Shown: in pieces, positions 1-8,717 of the stretch
How the letters are laid out: each line of letters opens with the position of its first letter
Position numbering within the stretch: the first letter of the stretch is position 1
Virus record (IMG/VR): IMGVR_UViG_2908369612_000002
Location: 76,744-140,743 of that record
Reading direction: 5' to 3' (one strand)
DNA length: 64,000 nt
DNA from: a virus
Lineage: Duplodnaviria; Caudoviricetes
Translations under genes and position numbers: made by a program
Notes under the pieces: model-generated
The model's input: only the letters and a program-made list of their open reading frames with translations
Told to the model about the DNA's origin: nothing
Databases searched by the model: none

Positions 1-1143
1 ATTGAACATACAGACGGCTGCGGCATGATTCTTCCAAGCCTAAGCCGTAAAAGTTTTATGGTCAGGCTCCCTTGGGTCAAAGGATTGTTAGTCCCGTTTG
101 ATTTTCGTAAGTTTGCTGAAGAAAACAATTCATGTAAAGTAACAGACGTTTACGGGAAGGAATGGGACATTGTAAATGATGATATTCAAGTAATCTTCAC
201 TAAGAGTCAGTTCAAGATGTGGAAGTATTATTCTTCATGGGAAGAATATCAGGATAAATATAAAAAATACGGATGTTTAGGGGCAAAACTTAACGAAGAA
301 GACCCTTCTGTTGAAGGAAAGCTGACATATCAAATGCTACAAACATTAACTGATATCACAGAGGAAGAGCTAAAACAAATCAGTGATCAAACAGTTAATG
401 AAATTACTACATTGGGCACTGATAAGGAAACCATGATGAGAGTTTTAGGGGCTACAGAGAAGAATAAAAATAAGACAGCTCTTCAGGAGGCACTTCTCTT
501 ATACCCAGAGTTACTAAACGATGATCACACGAAAGAAATCATCAAGAACAAAAAGAAAAGCATGATTAAGGATGCTAAATCAGGAAAACTACTCGTAGGC
601 GGTGCTCGATACACCTATTTATGCCCTGATCTATATGCTTTTTGTGAAAAATTGTTCCTGAATATTGAAAATCCGAAGGGTTTACTATCAGGTAGCGATG
701 TCTATTGCTCTTTATACAATGAAGGTCATATTGATATCCTCCGCTCCCCTCACCTATACAGAGAACACGGAGTAAGATTGAACAAAAAAGACAAGGAAAA
801 AGAAAAGTGGTTTATTACACCTGGCGTATACACCAGCATTCATGACCCAATATCTAAGCTTTTGCAGTTTGACAATGACGGTGATAAGGCTCTAATTATT
901 TCTGATGAGTTAATCGTTAATATTGCCAAGCGCAATATGGATGACATCGTTCCCTTGTATTATGAAATGTCAGTAGCCCAGAAACAAGAGATAAATAGCA
1001 AGAACATTTATGAAGCTCTGACCCTTGCTTATGGCATCAATATTGGAGAATACAGTAACAACATCACTAAGATATGGAACAGTGACAATATAAACTTAGA
1101 TGTGATCAAGTGGCTATGCATGGAAAACAACTTCACTATCGAT
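1..1143 (+). CDS. yonO: Phage single-subunit RNA polymerase YonO, exon 1 (starts upstream of window)
   Basis: Frame open from position 1 ([10 protein letters not shown]); LRSPHL and catalytic DNDGD motifs of the double-psi beta-barrel polymerase family; ends ...NNFTID at the intron. Confidence 0.92.
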
Positions 1144-2433
1144 TAAATTTATAGTCGCGTCGCATAGCGATATGCGGATGAAAAGTCAGTGAACCTAGAA
1201 ATCTAGGGTGTGCATTCAGCGAAAAGTAGCGATAGGAAATGATCGTCAATGAGTGTGCTAACAGGGGAATTCTAACTAATACATTTTACATTTTGAACAA
1301 TGATATTTAAAACAAGGGGGTGACAAAGTGAAGTTTATAAATGAAGATGAGCTTAAATATTTGAGTGGTATATATAAGATTGAGCAGATAAGCACCGGCT
1401 TAATATATGTGGGGAAAACTAAGATGAAGTTTATTAAGCGTTACTGGCATCACACATGGAAGCTGAAAAACAATTCGCACTGTAATCGACATTTGCAGAA
1501 TGCTTGGAATAAATATGGAGAAAACGATTTCCAATTTCATGTTTTGCAAACAGTTGATCCAAACTCAGATATGAACGAAATAGAAACTCACTACATAAAT
1601 GAACTAGAGGCCTATTTAAATGGCTTTAACATGACCACCGGCGGAGAGGGCAAGAGTAATTGTAAGATGTCTGACTATACCAAAAAGATTATTGGCAAAA
1701 AGAATAGGATTAATAACATCGGAAGAAAGCTTAGTGATGAGACTAAAGCCAAAATGAGTAAAGCGAGAATTGGCAGAAAGCTCTCTCCGCAGCATAAGGA
1801 AAAGCTTTTACAATCTAGAATGAATAAAAGGCATTCGCCAGAATCTAGATTAAAGATGCGTCAGTCTCATTTAGGGTCAAAAAATAAATCCTCAAAAATA
1901 AATGAAACGAAAGCACATGAGATAAAAGTTCGATTGATTAATGGGGAAAAGATGTCTGAAGTATCAAAGTCAATGCGTGTTTCCTACCCCATCGTTAAAT
2001 CAATATTAGAGTGTAAAGTATGGAATCATATTCATGTTACTGGGTGGGACGGCTTTATTCTTAAATACAATAGCAAGAAGAAAAGCACTCTTACTCCAGA
2101 AGAAGTACTTCGTATAAGAAAACTTCTTAAAAAAGGGTTATCAGCACCCCATGTGGCAAAAATGTGTAACATAAAACCCAATGTTGTTTATGGAATTAAA
2201 CAAGGAAGAACCTATAAAAATGTGAAATGAATGTAGAATGTATTATATGAAAATCCTGTGCCAAGCGTTTACATCATGCTGGGAAGCACTTGTAAATGAA
2301 GGTGCAACGACCATCCTTTATGGAGTAATAATAAGGTGAAATTCCTTATTATGAAGCGCTGACCATCTGTCTAGCACAGATGATGATATGGTCTATTCCC
2401 TAATAAAATATCGGGAAACCGAGGGTATCAAAG
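1144..2433 (+). mobile_element. Group I intron in yonO (1290 nt)
   Basis: Exon ends in U, intron ends in G; P1 CGAU|UA..UAGUCG with U-G wobble; core elements GCTAACAGGGGAA, AATCCTGTGCCAAG, GAAGGTGCAACGAC, GATATGGTCT; splicing restores [12 protein letters not shown]. Confidence 0.92.
1328..2230 (+). CDS. Intron-encoded GIY-YIG homing endonuclease with NUMOD3 repeats
   Basis: GIYKI...IYVG motif; NUMOD3-like GRKLSDETKAKMS, GRKLSPQHKEKL, KRHSPESRLKMR; RBS AAGGGGGTGA. Confidence 0.92.
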   Translation: MKFINEDELKYLSGIYKIEQISTGLIYVGKTKMKFIKRYWHHTWKLKNNSHCNRHLQNAWNKYGENDFQFHVLQTVDPNSDMNEIETHYINELEAYLNGFNMTTGGEGKSNCKMSDYTKKIIGKKNRINNIGRKLSDETKAKMSKARIGRKLSPQHKEKLLQSRMNKRHSPESRLKMRQSHLGSKNKSSKINETKAHEIKVRLINGEKMSEVSKSMRVSYPIVKSILECKVWNHIHVTGWDGFILKYNSKKKSTLTPEEVLRIRKLLKKGLSAPHVAKMCNIKPNVVYGIKQGRTYKNVK

Positions 2434-3087
2434 TTCGCAAAAACCTTATTCATGCCTACTCGTCCTAATCATGTTGATGAGAAAATCAAAGATTACATAA
2501 AAAACAAAGTTCCCCACTTCTTCATTAATGCAAAGGATAAGGAAGATCACAGCGTTGAGCCGGTCAATGAAAGCACCGTAAACAAATTGGATTCACTTAT
2601 CCCTTCTGACAGAATTAATTTTGCTGCAGTTGCCGGGAAATTTGATTACCGTTTCTTACTTAAAAACAAAGAGATTAAACTCGATGAAGCTATTATAAAT
2701 GAATATATACGGCTTGATCGGAACAAGAAATGGATTATGAACGATGAAGATGTTAAACCTGGACAAAAACTTTATGTCTATAAGATTATCAAAGAAAGAT
2801 TGTTGAATGTACATAATGATGAACAATACGTTGCAGATGTTTTAGTAAAGCATCTGTATAAGAAGAAAAGCAAATTTAAATCGACTTTGTGGGAGTGCTT
2901 TGGAGAAAGAATTCTGCTTAACTTAGAATACAATTTCAAGCAGTTTAAAAAATGTACTGGATGCGGGAAATTATTTAAAGCTTCAACAAATAGACAGAAA
3001 AAATGCACAGATTGCTCCAAAATTGAGAGAAGGAAATACCAAAAAAACTTAATGCGAAGAAAAAGAAAAGAAACTGTTAGCATTTAG
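2434..3087 (+). CDS. yonO: YonO exon 2 with C-terminal Zn ribbon
   Basis: In frame after the intron terminal G ([11 protein letters not shown]...); CTGC...CTDC near the C-terminus. Confidence 0.9.
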   Translation, partial: FAKTLFMPTRPNHVDEKIKDYIKNKVPHFFINAKDKEDHSVEPVNESTVNKLDSLIPSDRINFAAVAGKFDYRFLLKNKEIKLDEAIINEYIRLDRNKKWIMNDEDVKPGQKLYVYKIIKERLLNVHNDEQYVADVLVKHLYKKKSKFKSTLWECFGERILLNLEYNFKQFKKCTGCGKLFKASTNRQKKCTDCSKIERRKYQKNLMRRKRKETVSI

Positions 3088-3338
3088 AAAGTGTTTTGAG
3101 TCTTACTCTCCCAAGGGATACAGCGATTTTACCGAAAAAAGTTTAGTAAAAAAAGTGCCTTAATCCCTTGATATGACTGGGCTGACTGCCATTTTAGAGA
3201 TAATCGTCATAAGGGAGAAAGAAAGCTAATTTCCACATAAAAGGGTGAGTAAGTCTCCCATTTTTAAAAAAAGTACAAACGTTTCCGTAATCATACTTTA
3301 ACACAAAAATAAACAAAATCACTAGGAGGAATTTAAAC

Positions 3339-3614
3339 ATGACCAAAACAGAATTTGTTGGAGAAGTTGCAGAAAAATTAGGAGTTACTAAGAAAGAAGC
3401 TGCACCTAAAGTGGAAGCAGTATTTAATGTGGTCGTTGAAACACTAACAAAAGGTGAATCAATCAAGATTCCTGGAGTTGGAACGTTTGAAGTTCGTGAA
3501 CGTGCAGCTCGTAAAGGGAGAAATCCACAAACGGGTGAGGAAATTGATATTCCGGCTACAAAGGCACCTGCATTCAAGGCTGCTAAAGCTCTAAAAGACG
3601 CAGTGAAAGCTTAA
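3339..3614 (+). CDS. yonN: HU-like DNA-binding protein
   Basis: GTFEVRERAARKGRNPQTGEEIDIPA HU signature; RBS AGGAGG. Confidence 0.95.
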   Translation: MTKTEFVGEVAEKLGVTKKEAAPKVEAVFNVVVETLTKGESIKIPGVGTFEVRERAARKGRNPQTGEEIDIPATKAPAFKAAKALKDAVKA

Positions 3615-3642
3615 TAAAGTATCCTTCCTCCCTTTTTCCCTA

Positions 3643-3781
3643 GAATGCGGTGGCGAAAAAGGTAAACGCGTAGATCGAGGTGGTATGACTGACCTTCGGG
3701 AATCTCGAGGCCAACCTTCAAGAGAAGACTAATAGTTGGCGAATTGTCATCCATGAGAGGTGCAAATCCTCTCCCGCATTC
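3643..3781 (+). ncRNA. tRNA-like RNA with an enlarged anticodon domain
   Basis: 8-bp acceptor stem GAATGCGG/CCGCATTC; D-arm-like TGGCGAAAAAGGTAAACGC; T-arm-like GAGAGGTGCAAATCCTCTC; about 85-nt structured middle region. Confidence 0.65.
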
Positions 3782-4482
3782 ATCTCCAGGTTAATTAATT
3801 AGAGTTCTTTTATTGATGGCATGGGGGTGTCGTCAATAATAAGCTGTTTACTGATATGTGGGATATCAGTTCTCGGCTAATATTCATTTATTTGAGGACT
3901 TGGAATGCCAGGGATTCGAATAAATGAATATTAGCGGGGTATGCCCCTTCGTGGATTAAGCTTTTTCTAAACATGTCTATTCTCACTTAATGCGGTGTAT
4001 TGCTTCGGCTTACACTTATGTAAGGCAAAATGCGTCTTCCTTCCCTTTAAATAATGCCCTTGTAAGCAGTGATGCTTACCATGCGGTCATCAAAACTTTT
4101 TCCGGGTTAGCGAGGCTTTTTGTAATTACATACCCTCGTAAAATAAGTGAAATGGTTTTTGGGCGCTTGATCACCGCTCCCATTTCATGGAACAGGTTTA
4201 TACCGGTCTTGCCTTTTCAATTTCACTAATAAACACATTCACTATTTTATTCGCTACGTCTCTTTCAATGTTCTGAACGGAGACTCACCTTTCCCATGCA
4301 CATACCTCCTTACACGGGTCAGAGAAAACTGTGCAAAATAAATGGCGAGCGTTTGAGACGCTTTGTTTCTCAATAAGGCGTGTAACCTAACAAGAGCATT
4401 AAAAAATGCCATTGAGAAGGCTTATTAGGGTCTTTCCTTTTCAAGTTATTTTTTCTTGACTCTCGGACTTTAAGGGTGAGCA

Positions 4483-4562
4483 GTTGGCAAGCAACATAAA
4501 AACTTGATACATTTTCCGGACTACGAGAGCTGGACGTTGGCGAGCAACATAAAAACTTGATA
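4483..4562 (+). repeat. 27-nt direct repeat GTTGGCRAGCAACATAAAAACTTGATA, two copies (partial third at 4571)
   Basis: Copies at 4483-4509 and 4536-4562, one mismatch. Confidence 0.9.
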
Positions 4563-5136
4563 TATAAGATGTTGGCAATAGGAACTTTAAACACATTCCA
4601 GAAAGTGTGTATTATTTGTTGTCATAGCTCATCTGCCAGGTGTAGAAGGAGAATCCGGTTTTCGCACAGCGATTACCGGTTTTTATGCTCATGTACCATG
4701 AAGTACAAGGAGTTCCTGAAGATGTCATTATGACGTCTTTTGTTATTTTCGCCTTACTTATAGTTTGTCGACTACAAAGGTTTCAGTCGCTGAACCCGTA
4801 ATCAGCGTATTCCCTGTCGATCTGAAGGCTTGCGTCCCTACGTGAGCTACTGATGTAGGTGAGATGGGGTTAGAATGTAATCAGAACAAGGCCATCTAAA
4901 TCGTTAGAAGGTCTTTTTGTGCTTGCGTTTTACTTTATGAATCAGCCGGAATGTGCTTACGAGCCTTCCGGTACGCAAGTTATCAATAGTCTCCTTCGGG
5001 CGTTTCCCCAACGCCTATCCGACTTATCTTTTCATCTCCTTTATATCCCCTTTTCGGACGTTACCGATGCTTCGGATCATCGGGCTTCCGAAGGAGCTTA
5101 TTGAACGTAAATAAAACACATATTGGAGGAATTTAA

Positions 5137-5328
5137 ATGGCAAGCAAAAAAGTACATCAAATTAATGTAAAAGGCTATTTTGATATGGACGTAATGGAAG
5201 TTACTGAACAAACTAAAGAAGCTGAATATACATATGATTTCAAAGAAATTCTTTCAGAGTTTAACGGCAAAAATGTTTCAATTACCGTAAAAGAAGAAAA
5301 TGAACTTCCTGTTAAAGACGTAGAGTAA
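5137..5328 (+). CDS. yonK: YonK family small phage protein
   Basis: 63 aa, RBS GGGAGG, SPbeta synteny. Confidence 0.85.
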   Translation: MASKKVHQINVKGYFDMDVMEVTEQTKEAEYTYDFKEILSEFNGKNVSITVKEENELPVKDVE

Positions 5329-5340
5329 GGCGGTGACTAA

Positions 5341-6558
5341 ATGATCGATCCTATTCAAACAAAGCGTCACTCAGATGAAAATCTTAAAGAATGGAAAATT
5401 AGAATTTGCTCTAATAAAGACATCTATAATCTTAATTGGGAAGAAATCAAAGAATTAATAAACAAAGAAACCGGCGAATCTAAAGGCGAATCAGCTTATA
5501 GAAAATGGTTCAACAACTTCATTGAGGGGGTTGAATACCAAAAAGAAATGTCAGCTGAATCAAACTCTTCTCTCCTAGAACTGGAAATGAAAAAGGTTGA
5601 AATCATGGAAGAGAGAAAGAAGCTTCAAGCTGTAAAGCATGAAATACATAAAAGCACACGTGTCAAAGGACGAACAGAGCTTCTATATGAAAATGTAACT
5701 GAAGCAATTGAGAAAGTAGGCACTCTTCCTCCGCCTTCCTTCTATCCATTGAAAAGAAGCGAAACAAAAAGAGCTGCAGTGCTAGGATTTGGAGATGAAC
5801 ATTTCGGGAAGCAATTTAAAAGCAACAACAATGAATACAACGAACAAATATATCTACAACGTATGAATCAAATTCTTTCTGAAACTATTGAGTACATTCA
5901 CAAAGAAAATTTAGATGAGCTGGTCGTGTTAAATGGTGCTGATAGTGTTGAAGGTATGGCATTGCGCGTATCGCAATTAACTGCCCTTCAGTACGGTTTT
6001 ATTGATCAAGTGATTAAATACTCTAGGTACAAAGCTGAATGGCTTTTAGAGCTTTCTAAGCACGTCAAAATTAAGTACATACATATCCCTTCTGCAAATC
6101 ATACTGAACTAAGATTACATAATACAAATCGCTCGGAAATGCCTAAAGAAGATGTAGAGCGTATTATCGCTACTTATATCCATGACGTACTCAAAGACAA
6201 TGAGCGTATTGAAGTTCCTTTATACGACGAAGGAATCGTAGATTTTAAATTACTTGAATTTGAAATTGTTGCTTGTCACGGACACCAGATTAAAAACAAA
6301 AAGAACGCTATTCGTGACATCTCACAGATGAAACGAAAATTCTACGATTACATGTACATCTCCCACTTCCACCACGGGAATATGCTCACTGTAGGTGAAG
6401 CAACCACTCATAATATCCAAGTTATACAACTCCCTTCCGTTATGGGTTCCGATGAATACAGTGACAGCTTAATGACAGGTGCAAAAGCTGGAGCAAACCT
6501 ATCAATTTATGAGTCTGGCAAAGGTCGGACTATTCAATACGATTACATATTAAATTAA
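5341..6558 (+). CDS. yonJ: Calcineurin-like metallophosphoesterase/nuclease
   Basis: DEHFG, GAD, ANH, HGH, SHFH motifs; synteny. Confidence 0.8.
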   Translation: MIDPIQTKRHSDENLKEWKIRICSNKDIYNLNWEEIKELINKETGESKGESAYRKWFNNFIEGVEYQKEMSAESNSSLLELEMKKVEIMEERKKLQAVKHEIHKSTRVKGRTELLYENVTEAIEKVGTLPPPSFYPLKRSETKRAAVLGFGDEHFGKQFKSNNNEYNEQIYLQRMNQILSETIEYIHKENLDELVVLNGADSVEGMALRVSQLTALQYGFIDQVIKYSRYKAEWLLELSKHVKIKYIHIPSANHTELRLHNTNRSEMPKEDVERIIATYIHDVLKDNERIEVPLYDEGIVDFKLLEFEIVACHGHQIKNKKNAIRDISQMKRKFYDYMYISHFHHGNMLTVGEATTHNIQVIQLPSVMGSDEYSDSLMTGAKAGANLSIYESGKGRTIQYDYILN

Positions 6559-6598
6559 TCCATATAAGCATCATGTTCATTTACAAGGAGAAAAAAAT

Positions 6599-6730
6599 AT
6601 GTGGATAGATGACGAAATCTTAATTTGGATATGTGACCTCTGCGGTATGTCATGGTGTGAGTGTTGTATTGAATGCGAATCCCTCCATCGGGACTGTAAT
6701 GATTGCTGTTGCAAAGAATGTAGTGAATAA
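6599..6730 (+). CDS. Cys-rich 43-aa peptide, metallothionein-like (not in the ORF track)
   Basis: RBS AAGGAG 8 nt before ATG; MWIDDEILIWICDLCGMSWCECCIECESLHRDCNDCCCKECSE, 11 Cys. Confidence 0.7.
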   Translation: MWIDDEILIWICDLCGMSWCECCIECESLHRDCNDCCCKECSE

Positions 6731-6794
6731 AATGAGGACTACTTATAACCATTATAAAAATTAAACGACACCGAGGTGTCGCTAAAAGGGGAGA

Positions 6795-7516
6795 TCAATT
6801 ATATAACCATCTTTCTCTTTGTTTTAGTTGTTCTAATTGCAATTTGAAGTCTTTGTCACTGTAATCTTTGTTTCCACTTGAGGTGCCGATCATTGATAAT
6901 ACCACCTTTCCGCTAGGAATATTACTCGGAGATGTATCCTTACAGTCATAAGGGGTAACTGATAATCATTGTAATGTTGGAGTTCATGGGTACTGATGTT
7001 CTCCATCGATCTAAGTTTTTGCAACAATCGAATCATATATCCAAAGACATACTCAGCATATTCAATTGTCTCATCATATGTAGGTATTTTCCCTTTATGG
7101 GTAACGGCATTTCTAAATGTAACCCTAGTCCTTGAAATTTGTTCAGGGGGCTCTTGAAACTCATTTACATAAAGATAATAAAAAGCGCCTAATTGTCTTT
7201 CTGAATTTATAGATACCATTTTAAATGTTTGTTCTCTGAGTTCTTTTGAAGCTCCATTTTTTATCATTAAGATATTAATACAGTATTCGTGTAATCTCTC
7301 TATCGCCACGGCAAAACTCGATACGGCTTCCCTTGTATATCCATCGAGCAAAGCATAGGCTCCTAATTCAAAGAGTAATTCAAATTTCTGCACCTGAACA
7401 AAACATTTGCTTTTATGCCCTTTGCTACAAGTTAGTTCATACATATTAGTCTCATTAACCTCTACTTCTACAGGGCTGTTATTATCGCAAACTGAACAGA
7501 ATAATTCTATTTTCAT
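6795..7516 (-). CDS. Zn-finger plus HEPN-like protein (apparent frameshift at G-run 6952-6955)
   Basis: CSVC...CSKGH; RNAVTH matches RxxxxH; RBS AGGAGG; adding one base gives a protein-like tail ending ...LEQLKQRERWLYN. Confidence 0.65.
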
Positions 7517-7708
7517 TATGACTCCTCCTTATCTGTATTTATATTTAACATCTAACAAAAGGAAAAATCAAAGAAAATTTGTAATTATTTTACGAAGAAT
7601 TAAAAGCACCTTTTTAGAACGCCTAGTGATGATTGCGATCCCCCTTTCGCTCTATTGCTGGGCGTTTTATAAAACGTGTTTTTGAACCAATTATTTGGAG
7701 GTGAACCA

Positions 7709-8716
7709 ATGCCAAGAAAAGCTAAAGAAAAGGAAAAATTGATCTGTGCTGCTTGTCAGAAAGAAAAGGACAAAGAGTCAGGGTTCTATAATTCACGAAG
7801 CAGTCTGTATGAGAAGACTGGAAAAGTCCCTATTTGCAAGACTTGCTTGAAGAAAAACATTGATTACAACAATATTGAATCAATATATACAGTCTTACAA
7901 CAGATTGATGTTAAATTTGATCCGTTGTATTGGGAACAAGCTGAAAAGAGAAAAACAGATACATTTAGCGCTTATATGACAATGGCTAATTCATTGAAGC
8001 AATTTAACGGTACTGGTTATAAAGACAGTGTTTTTGAAAGACAACCAGAGAAGCCACTTATAGAGGAATCTACGCCTACAAACAATTCTGGTGCTAGCCA
8101 GCCTGAAATTTCAGATGACCTGATTGATAAATGGGGTATTGGTTACACCCCCGATGAGTACCGTCAGTTTGAAAGAAAATACAATAAACTTATTCGAAAT
8201 TACGGCGAAAAAACCACACTTCATACTGAAGGTTTGCTTTCATATATTCGTTTTCGCGTAAAAGAGGAGCTAGCAACTGCTAAAGGAGATGTAAAAGAAG
8301 CTAAAGAATGGGGTTCATTAGCTTCAAAGGCAGCTACAGATGCAAAAATTAATGTATCTCAATTAAGTAAGAGCGATATCAGTGGTGGAGTCGATGTACT
8401 TTCTCAATTATTTGAAGCCGTTGAAACAGAATTGGGCATTATCCCCCTTCTCCCCCGATTAGCAGCTCAACCATATGATGACGCTGATCTAATCATTTGG
8501 GCGATTATAAATTATTACAGACGGCTTGAAGACAAGGAAAAAGTCGATTACAAGGACATTTACCACTTTTATGATGAAATGCTCGAAGAGGACTTCAAAT
8601 CAAAAGGATTGTCGCCTGAAGAAATTGATAAACTGAAGAGTGCTCGTAACAATGTGTTCAGAGATTTAGAGAATGTGTACAAAGAACCTCTTTATGACAC
8701 AGGTGATGAAGAGTAA
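7709..8716 (+). CDS. yonG: Phage protein with N-terminal Zn finger, probable terminase small subunit position
   Basis: CAAC...CKTC; RBS GGAGGTG; directly upstream of the terminase. Confidence 0.75.
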   Translation: MPRKAKEKEKLICAACQKEKDKESGFYNSRSSLYEKTGKVPICKTCLKKNIDYNNIESIYTVLQQIDVKFDPLYWEQAEKRKTDTFSAYMTMANSLKQFNGTGYKDSVFERQPEKPLIEESTPTNNSGASQPEISDDLIDKWGIGYTPDEYRQFERKYNKLIRNYGEKTTLHTEGLLSYIRFRVKEELATAKGDVKEAKEWGSLASKAATDAKINVSQLSKSDISGGVDVLSQLFEAVETELGIIPLLPRLAAQPYDDADLIIWAIINYYRRLEDKEKVDYKDIYHFYDEMLEEDFKSKGLSPEEIDKLKSARNNVFRDLENVYKEPLYDTGDEE

Positions 8717-8717
8717 A

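Larger units (their letters stand above)
3643..5100 (+). ncRNA. Large structured non-coding RNA region or late-operon leader
   Basis: No credible ORF over 1.5 kb; dense hairpins with G-U pairs and C(UUCG)G motifs on the + strand. Confidence 0.6.

Noticed and set aside
2452-3087. Independent 211-aa gene
   Set aside because: No SD; it is exon 2 of yonO
3643-3781. Canonical tRNA (His or Sec) or tmRNA
   Set aside because: No standard anticodon arm, no tag ORF, and too short for tmRNA; kept as tRNA-like only
4483-4580. Mini CRISPR array
   Set aside because: Only two full repeats and one 26-nt self-folding spacer, and no cas genes in the window
3990-5104. ORFs 3990-4229, 4370-4594 and 4919-5104
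   Set aside because: No SD, atypical composition, and they overlap strong RNA hairpins
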